Below, piece after piece: positions 11,601 through 21,704 of a stretch of 64,000 nucleotides of DNA (position 1 is its first letter; each line of letters begins with the position of its first letter). The stretch spans positions 62,001 to 126,000 of the forward strand of contig BAAIJX010000013.1 in NCBI GenBank assembly GCA_054600435.1, written 5' to 3'. The stretch comes from Neophaeotheca triangularis. Its lineage: Eukaryota. The notes beneath the pieces were generated by a model. It did not search any database. It was given only the letters and a program-made list of their open reading frames with translations, and was not told where the DNA came from. A program made the translations under genes and the position numbers.

Positions 11601-13796
11601 GAGATGGAGGCCGAGTTGGAAGAGCGCGGCGAAGACCTTCGTGCCCTGCAAACTGAGCGTGACGAAGCATTGCAAGCGTTCGAAGAGAAGGAAGCAGAAC
11701 TTCAGAGGTTGGAGCAAGAGGCACTCGCCGAGATCGACAAGCTCGAGGCTGAGAAGCAGGAACACGAACACCGTTGGCAAGAATTGAATAAGCGGCATCA
11801 GAAAGCACAGAACAAGCTCGAGCGAACTACGGATGACTACAAGGGCTTGCAAGGCGAGATTCGGGAAATCACCAATAGTATGATGAACCTTGAGGACGAC
11901 AAGCAGGCCAACATGAACACCATACGCACGCTTGAGCAGCAGCTTAATGAGACCGAGGATGAACTGCAGAAGTGGGAGCACAAGTGTAAAGAGGTCGATC
12001 AGAAGAACCGGAAGCTTGAGATTGCGCAAGAGAGCTTACACTCGGAGATCTCGTTCCTGCGTGAAGAGCAAGAAGGCGACAAGATCAAGATTGGGGAGCT
12101 CGAGGACGCGCTCAATGCTGCTCAGCAGACGATCCAAGATGAGCAGGAGAAAATGCGGGAACTCGAGGAAGAGATTGTGCAGGAGCGGCAACAGCGTGAC
12201 GTTCTGGAGAATCAATCCAAGGAGGAGGTGCAAAAGGTTTTGGATGGTCTTAATAACGAGACTAGCAAGACCAAGGACGAGGTCCGCCGCCTTCGACGCG
12301 CGCTCTCTGCTAAGGAGGTGGAGGCTAGCTCGTGGAAGCAGAAACTCGAGGAGCTGGAGGAGAGCCTGCGACATGCTATTGGTGATCTCAATGGCTCCAA
12401 GCAGACGATTTTGGGTGATATCGAGAAACTGCAGCGGGATTTGGAGAGGACTTCAAGCGAGTTGGACAGAGCTAAGATGGAGGCCGCCGACAAAGATCGA
12501 CTGTTGCGCCACCGAGACGGCTTGCTTGAGAATTCCAGCCTCGAGAGTAGGAGGCTGTCAGACCTGCTCGACAAGGAGCGTTCGTCCCGCAAACATGATC
12601 TCGAGCAGTTTGAGCGTTCCTCTCGAGGCCAAGCTGGGCACATGCGTACAATCGCTCAACAGGAATCCCGTGTACTTGAGCTTGAGACGGCATACAGTCA
12701 AGACAAGCGCAAGATGGCTGCTTTGGAGCAACAATACCGCGACCAGCTCTCTGAGCGCAACTCCCTGCTCTTTGCAATGTGGAACCGCCTGTCGACGCTC
12801 TGCGGCAACGAATGGGCCCAGAACCACCGCCTGGTGCATGGCGAAGTCCCCTCCACCGACGTGATCGCCCGTCAACTGCCAGCATTCAGCAAGAACATCG
12901 TCTCGGCCGTCAAGACGGTCGAAAGCATCATCGGCAGTTTCAAATCCCGCATCCGCAGCATTGAGAAAGACCTCTCCAAAGACTACCAAACCCTCGAGCA
13001 CAGCCTCGACATGCGCATCAAACGCATGGACAACCTCGAGCGCGCCGTCCACGAGACCCAAACCCGCCTGGCAGCCGAAGAAGCCGCCCAACAACAGCAA
13101 CAGCAACAGCAAACCAGACCCCAAGCCAGCCGCTCGGCGAGCACTAAAAGCGTCAACCCGAAGAGCAGCGAGGAAATCGGCAAGCTGAAAACCGAAGTCA
13201 AGCTGCTCAAAGCCGAGCTCAAGTTCCACCGCCAGCATCCCTCGGCTCTCGCCCAACAGCTCATCCACCAGCAATCGCAAACCACGCAACCGTCCGGTGC
13301 CGGTGTGGGCGAGCGCCGCGTCTCTGCCAGTGCTTCCGCGACCGCCGCCGCCGCTTCCACCAAAACCCCTTCTCCCGCTCGCTCAATCATGAATCAGTTC
13401 CTACAGCGCAGCCACACAAGCAGCGTCGCGGAGCAATTGCAACGCGGGCACGCTGCCGAGCTCGAGGAAAGCCAGGCCGCTGCTGCTGCTCAACAGGCGC
13501 AACAGCAGCAGCAGCAGCAATCGCAACAGCCTGCGCAGGCTTCGGAACAGCGCTGGGTTCATCGCCTCAAGGAGTTGGAACGTCGGCTGAAAGCTGAGAG
13601 GGAGGCGCGGTTGCTGGACCGCAGGGGCGCGAGGCAGAGGTTGGAGGAGGGGAGGGTGGAGAATGAGGAATTGAGGCTTTTGCTTGAGAGGGAGAAAGTC
13701 AGGAGGGAGAGTTGGGATGGCGGTGGCGGTGCGGAAGTAGTGGAGGGGGCAGGTAGTGTCGCTGGTGCTGGTGTTGGGAGAGAGGGGAGGGAGTAG
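8685..13796 (+). CDS. apsB: ApsB/Mto1-like gamma-tubulin complex recruiter (MTOC coiled-coil protein)
   Basis: CM1/Cnn_1N motif TLKEQNGKIDKLTKENFDLKLKIHFL, long coiled coil, C-terminal WVHRLKELERRLKAEREARLLDRRGA. Confidence 0.88.
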   Translation: MRQQQQQQQQQLAKQPQRPTQPPPSTPQSPQISPRRRAHPFPLRSHSNATLFAQARLDSHTGATDELPSSPPPVGAATRRNSTASAALRRIMSESVQGFDGMAQGSGSGSVRKRPRKLRMRGDGGSRDEGGSVDESGNAEGRSGGVGGVREEEASREEGEGGQAEREAREEFEREDEDLPQLPEGDYGYLDEGDSFFPRERDERDRVQEDVEGDMSVDEREMQRHLQEQESSFIPETAAPVQADRLGVDDTYLELGKPGRTPPPDEMFASLQGQAKEHFVERHRNESSEMEPDTPADAYKTPGPGRQEGDDSSAMESPSSPAEAAAKRGNNRAESNASGSRPTSSSNRPTSSGRRPILEPSASAIETVSFSRLGDFAREPPSRSSMRSSRSVSADPQNVPLPQSEGPSMLSARESQSSDRSSLSKRPSYLNQRQASQRSSTSSATMTSELSGSDSTLNADYAQLSGGAVSNNASLNRSNRPGNALSRLPSLGSVASYMSHDEDNPPPFRRGVSGTSMLAGKLDRLTEERPDSSHSGPETPRAASPSKNVPTDTVIAQHVQSIQVPETIARDFRTRNRSSSPDRRPASSGGAAFGAADRPRKTLTLKEQNGKIDKLTKENFDLKLKIHFLDQALQSRSDDGVKEMIDKSVQYQTDLANERKESQGLRRRVRELERAIKEQQEAMAEGERQKKDEPADDDDDPTLQAEMHEEILYLRQQLDYSENQVTKLTEESVTRESEKRQMAEHMRSMARSRGADSSGVKETMEMWQDLLNAETGRREQAEEDLRKTREEIAALRIERASPSVAARDAKPNSRRSRLGYARSISGDSEYTNGINGSLTDSSVTMVEQLKHENAELRRDLGAQTSMLTSRNRERERLQQEIEDLKFQRKSDGTRSMAGESIFERSISRAHQRAPSRASDQNTHVTEAERDDWDRKEGQLRDQNAELRLKYQELERTHNTHLQYVSALEGDYQEMEAELEERGEDLRALQTERDEALQAFEEKEAELQRLEQEALAEIDKLEAEKQEHEHRWQELNKRHQKAQNKLERTTDDYKGLQGEIREITNSMMNLEDDKQANMNTIRTLEQQLNETEDELQKWEHKCKEVDQKNRKLEIAQESLHSEISFLREEQEGDKIKIGELEDALNAAQQTIQDEQEKMRELEEEIVQERQQRDVLENQSKEEVQKVLDGLNNETSKTKDEVRRLRRALSAKEVEASSWKQKLEELEESLRHAIGDLNGSKQTILGDIEKLQRDLERTSSELDRAKMEAADKDRLLRHRDGLLENSSLESRRLSDLLDKERSSRKHDLEQFERSSRGQAGHMRTIAQQESRVLELETAYSQDKRKMAALEQQYRDQLSERNSLLFAMWNRLSTLCGNEWAQNHRLVHGEVPSTDVIARQLPAFSKNIVSAVKTVESIIGSFKSRIRSIEKDLSKDYQTLEHSLDMRIKRMDNLERAVHETQTRLAAEEAAQQQQQQQQTRPQASRSASTKSVNPKSSEEIGKLKTEVKLLKAELKFHRQHPSALAQQLIHQQSQTTQPSGAGVGERRVSASASATAAAASTKTPSPARSIMNQFLQRSHTSSVAEQLQRGHAAELEESQAAAAAQQAQQQQQQQSQQPAQASEQRWVHRLKELERRLKAEREARLLDRRGARQRLEEGRVENEELRLLLEREKVRRESWDGGGGAEVVEGAGSVAGAGVGREGRE

Positions 13797-14309
13797 TGGG
13801 TTACGTGGTGTGTTACTTGGCTTGGTTTTGATCGGGCGGCGGGTATTCTTGGATCGAGAAGCTTTTGAGTGTATTATTCCGAATTTGTCTGCTGTTTATG
13901 ATATCTCATGATGCACTCACTTCCCCTCTCAGTGCCATCGATTGTGCGCTTTCTGCCATACGTCGACTCGAAGATCACGGATAGATCTAGAGACTCCAAG
14001 AAGATCCGCGTTCGAGCTATGGCTACATTCATTGCCTACCCCCGAGTCTTCTCGTCGCAAGATGTAGAGTACCAACGATGAGAGCAAGATCCGTTCTTAC
14101 TGTTGGAGCGGAGCATACGTGATGCTATGGGTTTGACATCTCGTGACAGATTCCCCTCACTGCCAGGCTGTGTTTTGAACTTGCCGTCTTTTGTTGTCAA
14201 ATAGATAGTTCATCTCAGATGTCTTTGGACAATATATTTCCCCAGGTTGCTTCAGAGCTATCTGCACTTAATTAGATGGCATATATATCTATTGACGGTC
14301 GCTCTTTCC

Positions 14310-14428
14310 ACATACGACCACAGCTCAGTGAATCTAAGGCATCCCGTCCGCTCTGCCATATTCAAGCACTGAAGCGGGTGACTAGTACTACGGTGGGTGA
14401 CCACGTGGGAATCCCACCTGTTGTATGT
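14310..14428 (+). rRNA. Dispersed 5S rRNA gene (119 nt)
   Basis: ACATACGACCA...CCCGTCCGCTC...TAGTA...GGTGGGTGACCAC...CTGTTGTATGT; ends pair as helix I; TATA-like ATATATAT about 25-29 nt upstream. Confidence 0.93.
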
Positions 14429-14452
14429 TTTTTTTATTTTTTGGATTTTTTT
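14428..14452 (+). terminator. RNA polymerase III oligo-T terminator of the 5S gene
   Basis: TTTTTTTTATTTTTTGGATTTTTTT immediately after the 5S 3' end. Confidence 0.85.
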
Positions 14453-15115
14453 TCCAAAGTTTCTATCGCTCCCCTCCCATTTGAAATCCTTTACTCTTTA
14501 GTCTTGCTCTCTTGAATCATAAGTCGTGAGGACTAAGGAGGTGGAGAAGGATAGCCTTAAAAGGTATCCAATACCTACAGTACCTTACTCGGTACAGATG
14601 GAGGATACCTTGCATGTATGTGGATAGTTTCTGCGTTTCATCGCACGGATGTGACGTCCCTGGAACGGCCCGGGGGATTATCGGGCAGAAAATGGACGGA
14701 AGATTCGCGTCTGTGAGTTGCAAATAATGCTACCTAACTTGCTTAACCTTAGGGTTAGGCTCGTCTCAAGGCTCACTCCCTCATCCTCATCCTCATCCTC
14801 CTCCTCCTCCCCGTCACGCCTCACGTCTGTCGTCGCCTGGTCTCCTGGTGCAAACAAGTCAAAGCAAAACACCAACAAATAAGGAGGATTTAACTATTCG
14901 TCCTTGGGTCGCCCGCACCAGCCCTTTGTCACCTCACCTTCGCGCCCGCTGGCAATTGTCTTCCCTACAAGCTCACCGAGACAAGGACAACAACACCGCT
15001 ACCCACCCGTCTACCATTCCCTGCCAACCCCCACCCTCCTGCAGCCTAGCTCGTATCTTTACACCCGTCTTCGTTCCTGCAGCGCGCTACACCGGCAAGA
15101 CCGACAACCGCCGCC

Positions 15116-17267
15116 ATGGCTCAACCAACCCAGCTAGCTTGTGCGTAAGGCCCCTGAAGGCAGTGAATGCAGTTTCAGTGGCTAACTTTCAACAGTCCGC
15201 ACCTCCAAGCACGTCGGCGTCTTCAATGCTGCGCCGGCATACACCTCTCTGCCAGGCTTTGAGCGCCCAGAGGGCATGCTTCGTTGTTGTGTCTACTCCC
15301 CAGATGGCCGCTTCTTCGCCTGGGCCTCTACCGAAAACGTCACTGTCATAGATGCCTCAATCGGGCACGTTGTTGCAATTCTCCCGACCCCCAATGTCTT
15401 TGAGCTAGGGTTCTCGCATGCTGGAACCTACATCATCACCTGGCAACAACCCTCCAAGGACGAAGAGGGCAATGCCAAAAAGAACCTCAAGGTATGGCTC
15501 ACGGTAGACGAGGCAGCTGGCAAGGATGGCGATCGCGTAGAGGTGGGCAAGTTTGTACAGAAGAGTCAAAAAGGCTGGAACTTGCAGTATAGCTCCGACG
15601 AGAAATACTGCGCTCGCTGCGTCAACAACGAGGTGCAATTCTACGAGAGCAAGGATTTGGGTACCGTGTGGAACAAGCTGCGCGTCGAGGGTGTGTCTGA
15701 CTTTGCGCTATCTCCGGGCAAGAACCATTCAGTTGCAGTTTTCGTGCCGGAGCGCAAGGGTCAGCCCGCTGCAGTCAAGGTGTTCAACGTGCCTTCGTTC
15801 CAGTCGCCCGTCTCGCAGAAAACTTTCTTCAAAGGAGACAAGGTCACGCTCAAGTGGAACGACGAAGGATCCAGCGTGATAGTGCTTGCGCAGACGGATG
15901 TCGACAAGAGCAACAAAAGCTACTACGGCGAAACAAACATGTACATCCTCAGTGCCAACGGAACATTTGATTCGAGAGTTTCATTGGACAAGGAAGGGCC
16001 AATTCACGATGTTTCCTGGTCGCCTAACTCGAAGGAGTTCGGTGTCGTCTATGGTTTCATGCCTGCAAAGACGACCATCTTCAACCACCGGGCCGTAGCG
16101 CAGCACAACTTTAGCATGGGACCCCGAAACACTATCATATTTTCCCCACACGGACGATTCGTCATTGTGGCCGGCTTTGGAAACTTGGCTGGTCAGATGG
16201 ACATTTATGATTTGGAGAAGAACTACGACAAGGTCTGCACCATTCAAGGCAGCAATACCAGCGTTTGTGAGTGGAGCCCGGACGGCAAACATATCCTGAC
16301 GGCGACTACAAGCCCACGCTTGCGCGTCGACAACGGCATTCGTATTTGGCATGTCGGCGGAGGGCTCATGTACAATGAGGACATGAACGAGCTGTACCAC
16401 GTTACTTGGAGGCCACAATCGACCACTGCGCAGCCCCTGGACAACCCTCTGCACCCGGTCCCGACACCGCACCCCTCTGCGCTTGAGCATCTGGGTAAGG
16501 CCAAGACTCCTTCCAAGCCTGTGGGCGCTTACCGCCCTCCTGGTGCGCGTGGCTCAGCTACTCCACTTTCATTCAAGCGTGAGGACGAAGGTGGCGCTGC
16601 GTTCATCAGAGAAGCAATGTCTGGCCAGAACGAGCAACCAAACGGGTTCGGCGCCTTCAAACCGCGTCGTCGCGAGGTACCGGGCGCGGAGACGACCGAT
16701 GCCAATGGAGCCGCTAAGGTTGCGGCCGGCGCCGACGGAGACGAAAACCTGAGTAAGGCGGCTCTGAAGAACAAGAAGAAGCGAGAGGCGAAGAAGGCGA
16801 AGGAAGCTGAAGAAAAGGCTGCTGGTCTCACCGCTCCGGGCACGAACGGCGATGCTGCAGTCTCCTCGGAGAACAGGGATCGTCCCAGAAGCAGGTCGAA
16901 GTCTGGCTACGAATCACCACGCCCATCCTCTAGAAGGAGAGAGGGCAGCCGCCAGCGTGGGCCGGCAGTCAATACCGCCCCTCCCGCTGCGAACAAGAAG
17001 GTCCAGGGACCACCACCAGGGTTGAAACACCCGGGGTCTGCCGCGGCGCCTGTCGCTCCTGCTCCCGAGCTCACCGTCACCAGCCCTGTTGCAGGCGGTC
17101 CAGAAGACAAGAAGGTCCGCTCGCTGCTGAAGAAGCTCCGTGCTATAGACGATCTGAAGATGCGCCAAGCAGGGGGCGAGAAGCTCGAGGGCACACAAGT
17201 GCTTAAGATAGGAACTGAGGCACAGGTCAAGAAGGAGCTCGATGGCCTTGGTTACACTGGTGATTGA
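15116..17267 (+). CDS. eIF2A: Translation initiation factor eIF2A
   Basis: Exon 15116-15140, intron 15141-15195. Beta-propeller motifs KSYYGETNMY, GFGNLAGQMDIYD, TATTSPRLRVDNG, AYRPPGARG; C-terminal KKVRSLLKKLRAIDDLK. Confidence 0.95.
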
Positions 17268-17415
17268 GTGGTGACGCCCCGTTCGCCCATCCCAAAGCAA
17301 AATTAGAAAAGAAAAAACAGCTACGAAGCCTTCGGGCCAGATAACTTCCAAAGAAACACATGTACCTGATCGCGTCTCTCCATGTTTGCCACGGGCCCAC
17401 CCACTTCCATTCACT

Positions 17416-19338
17416 TCAGGTACCCGCAAGCTGTTCGTCTTCCGCGTCCAACCCTCCGTCTTCCAACCCCTTCCTTGCCCTGATACCAAAAACAGCCTCC
17501 CCATCCGGCACGCAATTATCACTGACCTGTATCCCCTTCGGCCGCTGCTCTCTCGACTGGACTTCGTATCTGGCCAACAAAACGGTAAACAAGATTTTCA
17601 GCACCTGCGCGGCAAAAAACCTCCCTGGACACGCACGCGAACCTAAACCAAAAGACAAGAATTCTGGAGAGATGTGCACGGCATTAGGATGGCCTCTCGA
17701 GGCCTCGTCTGGATCCGAAAACCGCAATGATTCGTACTTGTCGGCGCCCGGGCCGTGCATGGCGACGTCGCGCTGCATGCTGCTCACTGCCGTCGCTACG
17801 TGGACGTGCTGCGGGAGGAAGGTTCCGCTTGGTGTGGTTATGCCGCCTGGTTTAAGTATTTCGCGGTTGAGGCCTCGTCCCGCTACCGGGTTGAGGCGGA
17901 GGCTTTCTCTTAGGGCGGAGTCGAGATTTGGTGTTGCGGGAAAGGGGTGGGACGGGTGCTGTTGGAGGGCTGCGAGGGTTTTGCGGGCTTCGGTGTGTAG
18001 GAGCTGGATGGTTGAGGCGGATGGTGGTGGCTGCGTGGTTGCTGTGAGTACTGCAGTGGGCTCGGGGGCTTGGTTGCTGTCCTGATTGATAGACTGAGGC
18101 AAAAACATGGCCCGGATTGCACTCGTGTAGCCGGTGAGCCATGCGGTGTCAGCTTCGAGCCAACTCTCTTTCTTGGACGCTTCGGCTGCAGCGACAGACT
18201 TCTCTAATGCTAAGTCCGATTGAGGTGAGAAGAGATCGTAGAAGAGTGTGGCAGCCGCCATCGATGAGGTCGGCACGGCTATGTCAACGGTGTCAGCTTG
18301 ATCGGTAGCGGTTGAACCACGAGTCCTAAAAAACTGTCACTTACCAAAAAGATTGTACAAAATCACCTTGCCAGAAATATTCTCGACATCCAGCTCCCTC
18401 TGATCTGACTTTGCGGCGGCCGCTTCGACCAACCACTGTAGCATATCATCGGGCTTCAGGGCATCCTCCTTGTTTAACTCTGCAATCCTCTTCCTCACTA
18501 GGGGATCAATGTAAGCCCGGCACTTTCGCTGATAGTACTTTGCCGGCAGAGCGCACAAAGGTGCCAGCACAGGATGCAAGATTTCTGGGATCAGCGTGCG
18601 GATGGTTGCAGCACCTATCGTGAACGCCATCGCCCATCGATCGATAGCCTCGTGGTAGTCTCTGTTCCTGCACAAGCTCTCGCCTACAAAGACACGGTTG
18701 ACGATGCACTTCACCGCCGTTTCAAGAGCGGCTCCAGGTTTGGCGTCGGTCCAGAACTTGACAACGCCGTCGCCACTTCGGTCGTTGTTGGTACTGCCCT
18801 CATCGACACGCCAAGGGAACTTCTCACCATACGTCGCTTCCGTTTCCTCTAGTATCAACCCAGTCATGCCCCTCATCTTCCTGGTCAAGTCTCTCTTAAT
18901 GATGTTTAGATCATGAACGCTGGCCACGGTGGGTCCGAAGGGTGCTAGGTAGTCAAGACAAAACATGTCGTTTTGCACGGCGTCATCGCTAACCCAAGAC
19001 TCGGGTTGTTTGACTAACCAAGCCACGTCTTCAGGAGGCAGCATTACTTCTGGCCAATGTGGACCGGGAATCACAAAGGGCAGACCTTTCTTCGAGTACC
19101 TTTCGTAACCGGCGTCCAAGGGCGTGCGGCTGGCCGTCCAGTCGAAGAAGCTAGCCCAGAGGCGATCCCACAAGGTGGTTTGGCCCGAGCTACTGGGCGA
19201 GGCCGTCATCCAAGGCAGATCGGCGGGAATGGCAGAGATGCGGGCGTGTTGGGTGCCCAAGATCGTGCAGGAAAGTAGCAGCAGACCTGTTGCTGTAAGG
19301 GTTCCGACCCACCATAGCAGTGTCACGAGGGCTGACAT
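17416..19338 (-). CDS. Cytochrome P450 (fungal, ent-kaurene oxidase/CYP503-CYP512-like by general appearance)
   Basis: N-terminal TM anchor from ATG 19338, intron 18344-18279 (GTAAGT..TAG), ExxR in LRESLRLNP, heme motif FGLGSRACPGRFFA. Confidence 0.88.
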
Positions 19339-20066
19339 TGCTTCCACCCCCTGCTGGTTGCTGGCCTCTGCAGAAGTCGTGCTCTTGTCCAAGCAGAAAG
19401 GCTTTTGGTCGTTCGGTGGCCGAGTGACGCCGCTTGCCAGAGCGTGCTGTTCGGAGTGCTGAGCGTCCTTTCTCAATGGACTGCGCGACTTGAGTGATGG
19501 CAATTCTGGGTGGTTTACTGTCTCGGCCAAACGTCAAAGTTTTCAAGGCAGATATACTTTGGAAAGACAATTGGAAGAAGCGAGAAGAGGTGCCTCGAAA
19601 TACTTATCCGGTAATAGGTATGAATCAGGTGAATCCGAGCGTTCTTGTCCGTACCTAGGAGTCAGCTCGCACTCAAGTAGCCAGCCTTGGGAGTCACAGA
19701 TCCAGCGCTCGATATGCCCAGATAAAGCTGAGGTAGTCCTCGCGAGTGACAGCCACCCGCATGCTCACCTCCACGTGTGTCAGAACGCGAATGCGATCTC
19801 TTCTCGGCACTTTGAACGCATTGTCGCAAAGACGCGACCATAAGAATGATGCCCCGCGCACATTGTTCTTTTGGTCTATATTATTACATCGTCATGATAT
19901 CTCATGAGGTGCTCTGTAGCACCGAGGCGCGCGACGCACCCCATTGTATGCCACGCTTCAAGGCTTAGTACTCTGACCCGCCTAGTATTCGCCCACTTAG
20001 CAAGCCCGATGCGAACGCCACGCTATGCTGCGGACAGCCAAACCATCCATGTGAATGTTACAGTTC

Positions 20067-21287
20067 TTAGGCGGCCCAAACATCCTTTCCAACACCCTCG
20101 ATCCAGTTGCCCAACCTTTCCACTCCACCATCCCACTCTCTGAGCCTCAGCCTCATGCCCTCGATGCCGCCCTTGTCAAGTACCTTTGGCTGCACCCATG
20201 TAATCCTCGCGACCTCGTCGACTTGATCGATGCTCCCCTTGAGCAAGCCCAAGCTAAGCGCCTTCATGATGAGATGCTCAATCTCGTTGTGCTGCACCTT
20301 AGTCTCCTGCGAGATGGTTTGAAACGTCATAGAGCGGTCCTGAGGCGCACGTGAGAACACAAGCTGTGTCAAGGCCGAGAGAGAGATCTTCTGGTAGAGG
20401 AATTGCTGGTGCGATTGTAGAAGCTGGTTGGCTTGGAGATGCTGTTGCAGGATCTCGTACGCCTTGAGGTCGCCCCGGTTGAAAGCAAATAGCAAGTCGC
20501 GCAGCCACGAGTGAGGTGTGTTTGCTAGGCTGTCGAGAATGGGGTGGAGGAGCAGCTCGCCAAAGTTGTAGATGGAGTCGCTGACGAGCGCAGCGATGCT
20601 GAGGTCGTAGGCGATGCGCTGCTTTTGCTGATCTGGGAGATCGGAGAGCTCGATGCAGGCAAGGTAGAGGAGTGTGGTGCGGTAGTACTCTGCGAAGTTG
20701 TTTTGCGACTGGTAGAAGTCTGCGCGTGTGCGATAGAAGCTGGCGTGCACTACGTTCTCCACGCTGTCGAAGGTATCGAGAATGGTCTCGCACTTGTCGA
20801 GGTCTGTCTTTGCTTGCGTGGTCTGTTCAAGACGCAGGCGCATCGAGGCAACGGCTGTGAGGGCAAAGACGTAAGCATCCTGACTGGCAGGCTTATCCAC
20901 GCGCTCCGCGAGGGTTGTGAGAAAGCTAAGACGGGTGTCGTCGCCTGCGCGTTGGTACAAGTTAGTGAAGATTTCTTTTATGCCTGGCTTTCCATTCGAA
21001 ACCATGTGTTGGAGCATACCGTCAGCTTGAGTCGCGGTGCTCAGCCCAATCTTGACCAGCTTGAGCTGATTGATCTTGTCGGCAAAGGTCTTGATGAAGT
21101 TGTTGTAAAGTGGCATGCGCTGCTTAGCGCTCTTGGGGTCATTGTAGAAGTCGACAAGGATGTTGGTGAGTTCGTGCCACAGCTTGCGCTCCCAGTAGTC
21201 TTCGAACGAAAGAAAGTAGTGCTGGACGTCGTCGGGGGCCGCATCTCGCTGCTCCTGCAGGAAGTCGGACATGTGTTCGGCGTCCAT
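20067..21287 (-). CDS. RPN9: 26S proteasome lid subunit RPN9 (PCI domain)
   Basis: FEDYWERKLWHELT, IYNFGELLLHPIL, MKALSLGLLKGSIDQV, WVQPKVL; in-frame intron 21019-20945. Confidence 0.95.
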   Translation of the reverse strand: MDAEHMSDFLQEQRDAAPDDVQHYFLSFEDYWERKLWHELTNILVDFYNDPKSAKQRMPLYNNFIKTFADKINQLKLVKIGLSTATQADGMLQHMVSNGKPGIKEIFTNLYQRAGDDTRLSFLTTLAERVDKPASQDAYVFALTAVASMRLRLEQTTQAKTDLDKCETILDTFDSVENVVHASFYRTRADFYQSQNNFAEYYRTTLLYLACIELSDLPDQQKQRIAYDLSIAALVSDSIYNFGELLLHPILDSLANTPHSWLRDLLFAFNRGDLKAYEILQQHLQANQLLQSHQQFLYQKISLSALTQLVFSRAPQDRSMTFQTISQETKVQHNEIEHLIMKALSLGLLKGSIDQVDEVARITWVQPKVLDKGGIEGMRLRLREWDGGVERLGNWIEGVGKDVWAA

Positions 21288-21704
21288 GGTGGCTGTCTGG
21301 GGCCCTAGGGCGTTCTTCGATGCTTGTCCTCTTTTATTTGGCAGGAGTGAGGGTTGGTCAAGGCAGGGTGCGGGAGGAGTGTCGTTTGGCGGAGGCGGAG
21401 GATGGGATGGACGATGAGGCAAACGAATACCGATGGAGATGTAAGATACAACTGCAGTAGGTGAAGTGTTTCGGTGGAGCTCTGGAGAGGTGAGCTTCGG
21501 CTGGCCTTCCTTGCCCCAGAGGCACTCCCGCCTTCCGACGGACTCTCGAGCTTTGGGGCTTGGCGTGGTAAGCAGCCCTCCATCCATTGGACCAGGAAGG
21601 ACAGTGCAGGACCTCACCTCGCTCGGACGGCGCAATCGAATACAGACGACAACGACACTCCCTACACACCCTCCAACACCGACTCCCTCTCCACTCTGCC
21701 GCCC

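Noticed and set aside
11205..13390. Long antisense and alternate-frame ORFs over apsB, and similar ones over RPN9, NDUFA9, THS1 and EMG1
   Set aside because: Expected shadows of GC-rich biased codon usage; no recognisable motifs.
17416..19338. Secondary-metabolite gene cluster around the P450
   Set aside because: No backbone enzyme or other tailoring genes; the neighbours are core housekeeping genes.
20067..21635. Long N-terminal extensions of RPN9, NDUFA9, HRD1 and the P450 in the ORF track
   Set aside because: They start at non-ATG codons and have no family-like sequence; downstream ATGs match the expected N-termini.
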